Assembly (NCBI GenBank): GCA_038496445.1
Contig: JALMLS010000376.1
Location: 1-64,000 of the forward strand
Source of the DNA: Trichosphaerium sp. ATCC 40318
Taxonomy: Eukaryota; Protista; Tubulinea
DNA length: 64,000 nt
Direction of reading: 5' to 3'
In this document: positions 38,154 through 51,214 of the stretch, piece by piece
Layout: each line of letters starts with the position of its first letter
Position numbering within the stretch: position 1 is the stretch's first letter
Position numbers and translations under genes: made by a program
The notes under the pieces: generated by a model
Database searches by the model: none
The model's input: the letters and a program-made list of their open reading frames with translations, nothing else
Told to the model about the DNA's origin: nothing

Positions 38154-40144
38154 TCACGGAGTATCCCCTGACCAGTCGTCACTGTTATTCATACTCTTAA
38201 ACTTATTAAGTAGAGCAAGCCTGTGCTAAGTTAGTGACATGTATAAAACGTGTTTTGAACCGTACTTGAAGATTGACTGTAAGTCATTACCGTTTGCTCC
38301 AATCTGTTTTTCTAGCTGCTCGCGTTGTTCGCTTACAGACTGTTTACGTTTCTTTGTTTTTTTAACAGCATTAAGTTTGGTTGACTTGTTGAACCCACGA
38401 ATATCAGCCAACATAGACGACGAAGACATAGTTGTAGCACGAGCTCTCAAGGGCGTTTGTACCAGTTTGGGAGGTACTGAAGCACTCTTAGGCCGAGGAG
38501 GAGGTAATGGTACATCTTGTTCTTCTTTTTGCTCTTTCTTTTGCTGCACAACTTGTTGTTCCCTTTCAGGATCTTTAACATGATCTTCTGATGATTCACT
38601 CTGTAAAGAAAAAAATCAGAAAATTTTAAACAAATGTATCACGTGCCTGTGTTTCTATACCCTTCTCTTCTTGTTCCTTTACAGATTGGAAGCATACACT
38701 CATAAAATAATATGCGTGAAAGCATCTTTGTAGTTTCCTCAGCATTGATACATTACCTCCAACCCAAGAAGATTTGGCACTGAGATCAAATACTGGTGAT
38801 GGTTTTGGTGTATAAAATTTAATGACTCGTTTTTCTTTATCATAACCGGCAACATTAGCGTATCCAGAGTTATTAATATCAGAAATAAGTCTCTCCATAT
38901 CAAAAGTAGATAACACGCTGTAGTTGATACCTGTCAACATACTCTTGGGTATCTTGACATACTAAAAATTAAAACTTGAGTATTAACCAACAAAAAAAAA
39001 AAGTACATCTCTGAGGCGGATAGGGCTAAGTCGAGTAGTAGCAACAAACTTTAGATCTCGTCCCATATTAACTATATCATCAAGCTCATGTTGAAGGAAC
39101 TTAGCATCAAATGTATCGCTATCTGAACTCTAGTAAGTAAGCCAAAATACAAATGAAATAATTCAATCTTGCCTTCAGCTAGAATTGTGAATGCCTTTTC
39201 TGATAGAAGTTCAAGTGGAATTCCAGCTTTCCAAATTGCTTTTCTAAGGCTATCTATAGTATTATGACGTTTCGCTGAGATGTCACCAAAGTAATTCTGT
39301 TTTACCATAATGTGGTAAGTGATATAAACCTAATCTCTCAAATTAAGAAGATTCATAAAGAGTTGTAATTACCTTGCTTGTCTCGCTAATTATCATCTCT
39401 TTGATTGGCGCAAAGGGCATACCTTTCAGGCCCCTTACAGATATACGATTTCGAAAGGACTTGAGCAATATATCTTTTGTGTAACCAAGCGAGATTAATA
39501 ATTCTAGACGGTTTGTTAATTGTTTTATCTAAAATTAATTAAACAATCAATTAACTAACCTGTTATTATTGCGTGGTTGTGGTTCGGTTGTCTCAAAAGA
39601 GAGGCTTCATACTCAGAAACAGTAGATTCAAACCCGTCATACTCTTTTAAGCGCTCAATTGCGCTAACGTAGTCTAATAGTACAATTTTTTAATTGTTAA
39701 TTTTTCTCATGTGCACGTTACCTCTTTCGTCGTACTCGAGTTCGTCCAAGTGCTGAGGAGTAACAAATTGGAGCGTCTTTGTTTTTAGCGCTGGTATTGT
39801 TTCTACGCGATTTTTCATGTCAAGCAACAATTGGGTACTGCTGATAAGGTCTTCTAACGCTCGACGCGTAATAGCTCTCCCGTTCATAAAATCAGCATTT
39901 TGTTCGGTTCCTAACAGCAAAGCGCCCTATTTTCGTCATTTAGCACGAATTTGCGCCATACAGCACTCACCAGCGGTTGTTTTTGAAAATTCCACCTCAA
40001 AATGCTTTTCAACTTTCTAAAGTAGGCCCTGGCAACCTTTTTTTGTTTCTCTTTCATCTCTTCTGTAACGCCGGTACTAAACCAGCCAGAAGGTAAATCT
40101 TCCTTGACTACATAGTCAGTAAGGGCAGCCTCGAGTTCTTCCAT
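38154..40144 (-). CDS. Protein with Pro-rich segment, WH2 motif and C-terminal DDW
   Basis: LPPPRPK; SSMLADIRGFNKSTKLNAV; LQSIFKLALLNKFKSMNNSDDW. Confidence 0.7.
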
Positions 40145-40367
40145 GTGTTCTACGTTGCGAAATGGTAGTTTTGAGTGACTCAGCTAACTGTTATTTTCTA
40201 TTCAATGAAAGTCTTTTTGGGTCTTTCATGTTGTAAAGCAGACTTCCATCCTTACGATATTCTGCAATGCAGCTAGGATTTTGACCATCTGTGAGAAAGC
40301 CCCCAAGAAAACCAATTAATGTCGGTGTGATTTAATGTACAGCTTTCTCATTAATATTGTCTACAAT

Positions 40368-41579
40368 TTAGTGTTTACACTGCGTCTCTGTTGCCGAAAC
40401 AGGAGCACATTCTTTAAAAATTCGTAGCATGAGATCATTATTGCGCATGCTGGAGCTACCTTTGCTATCCTAGGTAAACCTCCTTTAAATAGTCCAACAA
40501 ATCCGTCTTTTCTTACAATTTCACTTGCAATTCGAACTAAACTATCACTTTTCTATACACTAGATTAGGTATACGCATTCTAACTGCATGTACCATTGTT
40601 ACTCCTGATTGTAACTGCTTGTCAACGTTCATTTGAGCAGTTGTTTTCACCACGTCAAACGGCAGAGTTATAAGAGCAGCGAGACTACCTATTTTTTTTG
40701 TTATGTTCACAGCCAACGACAAGCCCTTAAATACGTACCAGCAGATGCTCCCGATAAAAAATGTGTAATGAACCCAGGAGGTACACCAAAACTCGGAAAC
40801 GTGTAATTACCAGTTTCATATAATGACCAGTACAAACCAGAAAATGGTACGTCCCTCCATAATGTAGGAACAAGACCAGTCCATAGCTGTTTTAATTTAC
40901 CACTCCGACCAGCCTCTATTAACAATTTGGACATACCTGAAGGTTGTAAGATACGCAAAAAAAAGCCACAACGTGTAGTGTTTCAAACTTACTAGTATTT
41001 CTTGAGTGTGATTGCAAGTTTGTACGAATCATGTCCAAAGGTGAAGTGACCAATACAGTTAATGTACGTGCCATCATTCCTGCTACAAATGATCCAGCAA
41101 AGTTACCAAAATAACCGTGCGAGGTTGGCTTTAGTTTCTCGTAACTAGCAAAATATCTAGATCAATGTGTCAACAAACTGTCATTTTGGAATATCACTTC
41201 GTACAAAGCTGTAGCAGGTACTGTCATTACAATTGTTGGACGTAGACCCCTCCACAAAGCAGAAAATCCTTCATTTTTTGAAATTTTCACAAACGCATCC
41301 TAACGAAATCGTTAAATGGTGTTGCTACGTTTTAAGGGCGTACAGTGGTGTTGCGAAAGTGAGGAACAGTTTCAAGTCGCGAAGCGGCAGCTTGGGCTTG
41401 TAATCGTGTTTTAACAACGTCCAGTGGCGTAACTACTCATATTTAGCAGGTTAATACAATTTTTCCGCACCAACAAAAGCGACTAAAAGCCCACCGACGC
41501 TGGCAGCAAAAACATGCTCCAGAGGAGATAATGTGCCTGTTTGAGGCTTCATTGGTACCCAACTACAATAACCAGCCAT
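40368..41579 (-). CDS. Mitochondrial carrier, SLC25A39/40 (Mtm1)-like
   Basis: TPLDVVKTRLQ, LWRGLRPTIVMTVPAT, RDVPFSGLYW, APACAIMISCYE. Confidence 0.92.
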
Positions 41580-41954
41580 TCTCGAGCTATTCTGCGTCAA
41601 ATTTGTACTAGTACGCCTACAAATATATATTAGCGCGTGCTAGTACATTTAACCAAGTTTGGTTTGTTGTTCACTGTCATACGCGATCACTGGCACTGGA
41701 AGTTCCTCCTGCATCACCAAAGCGCTGAAGCGGGCGCTTTTTTCGTAAGAACACTAACCTCACTAATTTCTCGGCGAAATTGCGTCAATAGTTGGAGAAA
41801 TGGGATATTAGGCTACACTTTTCAACCACAGTCCCACCGACCGTCACAAGTGCCGTATATTGGGCACAGGCGAGAAGTTGTGGTATAAAATGGTCAACCA
41901 TCAGTCTATTTATTTTGTTTCACATACGAATTTTCCAACTTCCTCCTGGTGATC

Positions 41955-44062
41955 ATGGCTGACGGATACAAGCACAAATTTTTTAAAGAATGGAGGGAGC
42001 AGGATCCCTTAAACTCGGTTCGGAACTTGAAGTTGTTGTGTTGAGCTAATTTTCCTGAAAGAAATGCGCAGAGCCTCACTGCAACAAGTCAAACCCTCAG
42101 TGGGCATCTGGTACGCCTCTTGTTGTGGCTTGTTGAAACTAAAAACAAAAAACGCTTAGTAACGTATGGAATTGCTATATGTTATCAGTGCGCTGGTAAA
42201 CACAGGGGCTTGGGCACCCACCTAAGGTAAAAACACATAATTAGTTTTAATAACTAACTAGCACAGTTTCGTGCGTAGTCTTACTATGGATACGTGGTCT
42301 GAGCAACAATTAAATCAAATGAAGGTGCCACGTTGTTATTTCAAATGGTTTCTTCATTACTAACTCATCTAACAGATTGGTGGAAACACTAAATTTCGCG
42401 AATGGTTCAAAAAACACGACATGGAAGCAAGTGATCTAAATACTAAATATAATTCGAATGCAGCTATTCTATTAAAAGATAAAATAAAAACAGAAGCCTC
42501 GGTAAGCAATGTGTCATCATTTAGTAATTAGTTAATTTCCAATTACTAACAAGGCACGAAAAGGGTAAAAAATGGACACCACCAACAAAGGCGGAGGTCA
42601 AAAAAAGAACTAGCCACAACAACAGTTCTGGATTTGAAAAAAATTATAGCAGCCGTGGTAATGGTAGAATGCAGAACGGGCAACGAACACGTGGTTCGCA
42701 ACAACGCGGTGGTAGAGGCTATGGACGCCCTACTAGGGGTAGTCCTAACACAAGAGGAAACCGAAGCAATGGACGCCCTCAACAACAAAAGAGCTCCGAG
42801 TGGGATAATTGGGGTCAACCAGCCAAAAACGGGTAGGAACTTAATGTCAAAAGTGTGGTATTTAACTCGCGTTTAGCCCAACAAACCCTCCTTCAAATGG
42901 ATCTACGGCATCCCGGTTTGGTAACAATACGTCAATTTCATCAGATGCGTACTTCGGCCGTGAAAAACCTACAAATAATGATCAAGTGTTTCAAACGTAC
43001 GATTTTTTTTCACAAAAATGATTCTTTTATATCTAGGAATGTAACAATTATTTAGTGATGATTTAATGAACAAGTTGTCTCTTGGATGGAGTTCGGTGTC
43101 ATCTGCCCTTCAATATGGCGCTCAAGCGGTTGCTGATGGATCACGTTCTTTGACAGAACAGGTGGCTAGTACTGATATTAATGCCAAGCTCGTCAGTCTA
43201 GGATCAGTAGCTAAAGAACAAAGTACAGCTTCTTTCTTTTTATTATTTGACTATTTTGTGCACTGATACAAGTAATTATAACTTATGTATTTCATAGGCT
43301 CTAAGGCTTGGAGTGGTATATCTAGTTTTTATAATCAGGCTCAACAAAGTTGGGTGGGCGACGGAACACAACCAACGTCTTCTATGAATCCAACAGGAAG
43401 TAATGGTGGTGTTGTACGTGAAGTGATTTATAATAATTCACTAATACAAAAAATAGCGAAGCAGTTACACACCTCCAAACCAAGGCTACCAAGCACGTGT
43501 TGCTCCAGCAAACACAAACTATAGAAAGGTAATTAAATAAAAATACAAAAAATCTTTGTCAGACTCACGTGTTTTTAGGGAAGCGATGATGAAGCATCTA
43601 TTGAAGTTTTGGGCAAGCCACGACCAGCAAAATCTGGAGATATTTGGGGCACTTGGGGCTCTGAACCACAAAAACCAACAAATGCTGCAAGAAACGAAGC
43701 TAGTTACGGGTCAAGAAACGGTTCACGTGGTTTACCACGTGTTCAAACGCAAGAAAAAAAGGTTGCTCAAGTTCACAGATTAAATGGTAGTACTTCATCC
43801 CTACCTGACTCCTCAACAAAGTCATATGGAGATAGTAGACTCACTGCAAGTGCAGTGCCGTCTAAAACCAAAAATGACGACATTTTTGGATGGGACGACA
43901 AGAAACCGACTGCGCCTATCAAAAAATCTACGCCTCCAGCAACCACTAACACTATCACAACTAACGATTCGAAAACCAACATGAACGATTGGTATGTTGC
44001 ACATTTTAATTACACAAAAGACTAACAAAAAAACTATTAGGGGATGGGATGACGATTGGTAA
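41955..44062 (+). CDS. ArfGAP1/Gcs1-like ARF GTPase-activating protein
   Basis: [39 protein letters not shown]; C-terminal WDDDW. Confidence 0.92.
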
Positions 44063-44437
44063 ATATGGTTTCTATTGCCTCTATAACTGCTCTAAAACCA
44101 TGCGCCATACTATTTTTTATTTGCATTTTATTCTGAAGCGCTTGTGTACATATTGCAAAAAAACGGGCATGCAAGAGGTTATCCTCAATAAATTTATTAT
44201 TTCATTTTCGCATACTGAAGGTGTTGTACTTCTCGCTTGTCATCAATGTAGTAACACTGCCATTCAATTGGCCATTGTAAACTTTCTTGTTCAAGGATTG
44301 ATGTAATTGTCCTTTATTGTACATATCTTGAGACTGTTTCTTTGAAGTCCCGTTTTGGTGGTCAAGTTTTCCCACGTGGAATTTGCCCTTTATTCCGCAT
44401 TCATTCAAAACCTTTAAACACCCACATTGGAGCAATA

Positions 44438-45923
44438 ATGACTTCTCTTAGTGCGTAATATTCACACTACGCACCTTTAACGTACATTACAGAGATACAA
44501 CAATTACAAAAGCGCATGGGCAAAATTAAGCATAAAATTATGGTTATGTCGGGCAAAGGAGGGGTAGGGAAGAGTATGCGGACAAACTCTTTATTTTTTT
44601 ACATAAACATACGAAAAACGCATGTATTAGTCTTATACCCATTTAGGTACTGTCGCAACACAACTGGCTTTAGTTTTAGTTGCTTGTGGTTACAAAGTGC
44701 GTATAATGAGTCTAATCATAACTGACGCGTAGTCGCAGGTAGGAATTCTTGACGTGGACATCTGCGGACCAAGGTATGTCGTTTACTAATTCTTGATCAA
44801 GAATTTTGACATTTCTAGCGTACCAAAAATGCTTGGACTAGAATCTGAAGAAGTGCGACAGTGTGATGAAGGGTACTGTATGTCCAACTACTAGCAATAT
44901 TCTTTGGAGTGATTAACACGTTACACAGGCGACAATCTTATGCTAACTTTCTAAATTAATTAAAACCAGGTGGGTACCTGTATTTGCAGACAAAGACCGA
45001 AAGCTAGCTGTAATGTCTATTGGCTTTCTATTAAAAGATAAGAATCAGGCTGTTATATGGCGTGGACCTAAAAAAACAGGTTTGATTGAGCTTACTACAA
45101 AAAAATTCTCTATTTACCTAACTGTATTTCCCATTAGCTATGATACTGCAGTTTTTAAAGGATGTGTACTGGGATGAACTTGATTACTTGATAATCGATA
45201 CACCTCCGGGAACAAGTGATGAGCATATTGCAACGACAGAATACCTTGGCTACTGCGACATCGATGTATGAAAAAAAAAAGTGACTTTGCCAATTTTTTT
45301 CTTATCAACCAACTAGGGAGCAGTTATCGTAACAACACCACAAGTACATATTGCCTTATTTCTTTTTTTTTGAATAGATTTTAATAACAGAAGCTTATTT
45401 GAGATTCTTAGATGGTTGCATTGACAGATGTCATAAAAGAGATTAACTTTTGTAATAAAGTAAAACTACCAGTACTTGGTGTAGTAGAAAATATGAGTGG
45501 ATTTAAGTGTCCTTGTTGTAATGTACGTTTATAATTTCCTCTGCATTTCATCTATCCTTGTGCGAAGTACTAATCATTTCTATGATGTAGGAGGTAAAGA
45601 AGAATCACGTGATTTGTTATAAACAATTGTTTTGTTACCATATGGTATTTGAGTTAACGTGAGGTAGGTGAGTAACGTATTTTCTTCTGGAGGTGGAGCA
45701 TCGCTATCAGAAAAAATGAAACTACATTTTATTGGTAAAATACCTATTGACCCAGCACTCGTACGTTAACAATCAATTTTGTTTTTTTTGATCCTTTTGA
45801 CATTTTACATAGACAACTGCTTGTGAGAGTGGACAAAATTTTATCGAAAAACAGAAAGAATCTGTTACCCTGACTCCACTCTTTGATTTTGTAAAACACT
45901 TAGAAAAGAAACAAGCAAAGTAA
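44438..45923 (+). CDS. NUBP2: Cytosolic Fe-S assembly factor NUBP2/Cfd1
   Basis: [46 protein letters not shown]; no N-terminal Nbp35 Cys cluster. Confidence 0.93.
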
Positions 45924-46022
45924 GACGAATAGGCAAGAAAAAAAAAAAGCAAAGTTTCTTGTAGACAACTGCCACCTACAAGTATAGAAGAAAGTGCTTT
46001 TTTACATCAATGTAAATTAATA

Positions 46023-47503
46023 CTAGCTTGTCTCCGATAAACCAAGTTTCTCTTCAATAGCCTTTAACCTTGCGGAAATATAATCTGAGTTTTTCTTGAT
46101 TTTTTCCATGTTTTTCTCTAGTTGTTCATTGAGCTACAAAACAGTTAAAAGGGTACCAAAGATACAAATCTCAACTTACAGTATCGAGTAAACTCTTTTG
46201 TTGCGTTAACACGCCTGAAGATTGCTCATGCTTCTTTTCAAGATTCGTTAACCGTTGCATCTGACACATGAGTTAATTGCAATGTACTTTGAGCAAAAAA
46301 AAAACGAGTACAAATGAAGCAGCTAGCTCGTGGAGGTGTTTGAGTTCCACCATACGGCTTAGGCAATGATCAATCTTTGGCATGGCTTTATCTATTGTAT
46401 CCATATTTGAAACCATTCTATCCAACTATTCGGATTAATAACTAATCCAACTTATCTATTTGCTTACTTTTGGATTAATATCAGCATCTCCTTTTTCCTT
46501 TTTCTCGTTTTGAAGCTCCATGGCAGAATTAACTTCATTCAGCCTGTCCTATATTTACTAAATATCACGTGGTATAAGAATATACGAACTGTTAAGTTGT
46601 TGAGATGTTCATCAGTGAATAATGCAAGTTGTGTCTTTACAGTTCGAATAGCAGTAAGCATATCACCATTTTCATCATATCCCTTGGTTTTTGGTTACAC
46701 TCACTCTTTACTATAAACTGTACGTACTATTGCAGTGTTGGAAACTCCAACGCAATTTTCAAGTTGTGTTATTCTTGTTTCTAGCTTCGATAACATCAAT
46801 ACCTCCGATTGCATGCCACTCTCTGTATTTCCATTTACTGGCACATCGGAAACAGGCACAGTGGTAACTGTTTCCACGTCAAGTAATCCCTCATATTCGG
46901 CTCGAAGACTACCACAACATTAACTTTTTTCAAAACTATCACGTGATTGTAACCAACCTACGTAGATTCGCTTGAAAATTAGCAAGCTTGGAAGCTGCTT
47001 TCTCAGCGTTAGCAGTGCCCTTATGTATGTTAAGTTTCTAAAGTGATGATTTCGATAAAACCACGTGTACCTTCTTCAACACACTTATACGTCGTTCAAA
47101 CTCGCTCACAAATACGTCTGCCTTTATTAATAAGTCTTCAACACCTTGATCGTCCCCAGTCACTAAATATATCAGTGTAAGCGCTAGTATTGATCATACC
47201 GTCTCTTGGCACGTGTTTTTTCCTTTTTACAGCATGCTCTGAGTGATATGACTTGAAAATGTCTGTAATGGCCAGCGGCGTGCTGTCAATCAGTTCAGGA
47301 GTATCCCTTGCAGAAGGCTGTTATTAGTAATTGCCTTCCTGTTAGTTATCGTACAAACACGATAATGTCATCGACAGCCTTTGCTGGCTTGGTTTCGTAT
47401 ACCTCTTCAGTTCCGTGTGCCTTATTTTTTTTGGTAAGCTCGAGATTACGTAAGCATGCGTGCGTACAATACTCTTAGGAGGCTTCGTGTCTGGCTCGCC
47501 CAT
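46023..47503 (-). CDS. DCTN2: Dynactin subunit 2 (dynamitin/p50)
   Basis: N-terminal EVYET; LETRITQLENCVG; RMVELKHLHELAASF...NSDYISARL. Confidence 0.8.
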
Positions 47504-47669
47504 TTTACAAGTCAAATGTTGTTTCTTTTTTAATGCGACCTGAAATTGACTTAGCGGCAGTTTCATTTTAAACATTTTGGCGCGAACAAGTGGTGCCTTT
47601 TTTGTTTTTATCCAAAGCAACCACACCTGGGAGTTAGATTACTCTTTGCCAATTTTTTAACATTAATAA

Positions 47670-49191
47670 ATGGATCCTCAAGAATTTGAACTTGCTGTTG
47701 CGCCTACAGATGGTACGGTAACATTTTAATTGTTTTTATGACGATTTTGACCTAAATGCCATTGATAGATAGCATCTCAGAGGTATGCTTCGCTCCTGGC
47801 GACGATGACATCCTTTTGGTAACAAGTTGGGATACAGTACGCTTTTAATTCTTAAACGGCTTATCTCATACGCAACACAGACTGTACGCGTATACGATGT
47901 ACCAAATAGGACTCTTCGCGCAAAGTATAACCACAAAGCTGCAGTACTCACTGGCTGTTGGACTGACGCTGCTCACACATACTCTGGTTCGTAATACATG
48001 CATAAATGGCTTTATTAACTCGTTTAAATCAAGGTGGCATTGACAGACAATTACGTACATACGAAATAAACACATCAACAGAAACAGTTCTGGGAGAGCA
48101 TGAAGAAGCTATCCGTACAGTTCGCTATGGCAAACAAGCGGGTAAGATGACTAAATGTCAAAAAATCAAGACAGAACACTCACTTGAGAATGAAAGACAA
48201 AACAAAAAAAAAACATGTACTAATGGCGTCCAGGTTTACTTGCAACTGGTAGTTGGGATAATACAGTAAAATTATGGGATGTAAGACAAAATAATACTTG
48301 TATTGGTACACATGACCAAGACGGTAAACGTGTGTACACAATGGACTTTGCTGGACACCAACTTGTTGTTGGTACACAAGGTAAAGACAAAAAAAATAGA
48401 AAAATCCAAAAAAAAAAAAAGGATACTGACGCTCTTCTTCAAAAAAATAGGCAGACAAGTGCTTATATGGGATGTACGTAATATGGCAGCACCAGTTCAA
48501 CAAAGAGAGTCATCTTTACGGTTCCAAACAAGGTGTATTAGAGCATACATTGACGGAGACGGTAAATACTTTTTTTCTTTCCCCGTGGTTTTTTGTTTGT
48601 TTTCTTACGTTGATTTAAAGGATATGCCCTTTCTTCTACTGAAGGTAGAGTTGCTATGGAGTATTTTGATCATAGACCAGAAGTACAGAAAAATAAATAC
48701 GCATTCAAATGTCATAGAAAAAAAGATGGTAATGTTGATCAAGTTTATCCTGTTAACACTATTGCCTTCCATCCAATGTACGCCTCTTTAATTTTTTTGG
48801 GTTTTGTTAAAATGAACCTAGACATGGTACATTTGCAACTGGTGGATGCGATGGTGTCGTAAATATTTGGGATGGTACGTGCAAGGAGAATCCAAAACGT
48901 TTTGGTTTTTTTGAAATTTTGCTAACTCTGACAAGGACGGAACAAGAAGCGTCTTACACAATATCACTCATACAAAAACTCTATTGCATCACTATGTTTC
49001 AATTCTAAAGGAACTATTTTGGCTATTGCAGCAAGTTACACATTCGAAAAGGGAGATATTGAGTACGTTCTTTTTTTTTTTTTGAGTGAGTTTTTGTATG
49101 ATCTGACAGCCTTTTTAGACATCCTCCAGATAAGGTGTTTATTAGAAATATTAACGAAAACGAAGTATTACCAAAACCAAGAAAGGTTTAG
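47670..49191 (+). CDS. BUB3: Mitotic checkpoint WD40 protein BUB3
   Basis: [51 protein letters not shown]. Confidence 0.95.
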
Positions 49192-49257
49192 TCGTTTAGG
49201 AGAGGTTGTGTACATTACCAAAGGGTATTAAAAATTGAAAAATAAAAATACTGCTTT

Positions 49258-50599
49258 TCAAAGCTGTGTTTTAGTCTTTTCCATTCCTTTTTCTCCATTT
49301 AAGATATCTCTTCATTTTCGCGGAGTGCATACGTTTTTTATGTTGTGCTTGGTAAGCAGCCATCTGTTACCATGTTTAGTAAGTGATATGGGTTGTTTTG
49401 TCATTGTACCTGAGCATCGTATTCTTCTCTTGTAATTCCATTTTTTTTACATACGATTTCGATTTTTCCATCTTCATCCAAGAGGCACTGCCATTCTATT
49501 GCCTATTTTAAATTAATAAGCAAAGAAAAATACAGGGGAATAATTAGGTTACTTTGTAGATATAGTATGGTATGAGAAGCATTTGCCAAGCTAGAATATC
49601 TACCCTGAGAGTCAGTATTTAAGTTCATATTGATTTTTGTTTAAGGTATTTAGTTTGACCTTGATATGTTGGTGGCTGTGCTCCTTTTATTTCCATTGGT
49701 ATATCTACATCCTCATCTTTATGTTTTTTATAGTTGCTACCTATATATGACAACGATGAACTTTGGAGTAGAAAGAAGAAAAACCTAGAAGGTTTTGATT
49801 GCACGCACCATATTTGGCTTTTAAAATTTGATTCTTTCTTACTTTGTAGGCTTGACTGTGTCGTTTTATTTTGCCCACGATATTCCAATGTTTCCAATAA
49901 TCGTACATAAACTTAAGGAGATTCGCTGACAAGAAAGTCCATAGCAAGACATACCTGTTAAAACAAAGATTAATAAAATCTTATTGAAAAAAAAAGTCAA
50001 ACAAGCAACAAAATACAGTTTTTTAACACGTGTCACATGTATAAAAATACCTAATGTCATGTTTTGGAGCTCCCCATTCGTGCATGTATCTGTTATAATA
50101 CTGGTCCATGAATGGGATACCTAGAAGCAGTGTGCTTAGAGCAAATATGGTTTTGTCATTGTACCATTTGTTCGCAGATCGTCATACTCTGCTTTTGCTT
50201 CTTCGTTACTCAATATACCAAATGCTTGCACAATGTCCAGGTAGAGGTCTGTTGCCTTTCCCACTTTGTCAGGGTGGCTTAATAGTTAATTCGCTTCCGA
50301 TGGTTTGGTTTATTAGAACGTACTGCTTCATTGACAGCGTTCTGAACGCTTTTTTGAGTGCTTTAAGTTTTGTTTTGGGTGTCACTCCTAAAAACCCTGT
50401 TAATACGTGTTAATGCGCTATAGAGATCATACCGAGTATTTTATAGGCGTCTTTGCCTTCAACAATAAATTTTACCTTTAAAATGTAAGAGTAGAAGTTA
50501 ATACAACTGTACCAGATCATAATAATGAGAACTTTCCGCACTACAAAGGAGAGCGATCGCAAAGAGCACAAATAGCGCTATTAGCGATGTCCTTGTCAT
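49258..50599 (-). CDS. DnaJ (J-domain) membrane protein, DNAJC25-like
   Basis: Signal peptide; YKILG...LKKAFRTLSM.WHPDK; C-terminal KMKRYLKWRK. Confidence 0.82.
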
Positions 50600-51214
50600 A
50601 CGTTACACTGTGACCTTACCGCGCCTTCGAGAAAAACAGGGGAGTCGCAACAAGTCCTAAACTTCAGTACAAAAAAAAGACAAGTTCGCGAAGTCGCTGA
50701 AATCAACAACAAGTAGCGCAAGCAGCCCATTTTGCTTCGTGGTCACTAAATTTTATCGCTACCTACTGTTTTAAAACCGTGACGGTGCGTTCCACTTTGA
50801 ATCATTGAAAAATCCAACAGAATTTAGTTAAAAGAAAACGTTCCTAGCGTATACTAGTGCATGGCAGTTCTAGTTCTGATTTTGGCTGAAGCACTGCCAT
50901 TAATGGTAGTGGTTTTCTGTACAGAGAAAGAATGCCCGACTTAACTGTGGCGGCTTTTTAGGCATACTACAACCATACAGAAGCCTCCTCAGGAACCTAA
51001 TCATACCCGCCTAGTAATTTAGATAACTAATTTATTAACTGTTGAGCAGTACGTCATTAACATCCTTTTCGTTAAACGTTAGCAACAAAAACGCTCATTA
51101 CGATTGTTACTCTTTCCTGGTATCTAATTTGTCAAATATTGAATATTTGGGAAATTAAAGTTGTGAAAACGCCAGTGACTCTTCATAAGGATAGTACTAA
51201 CTATAGCGTAGCAT

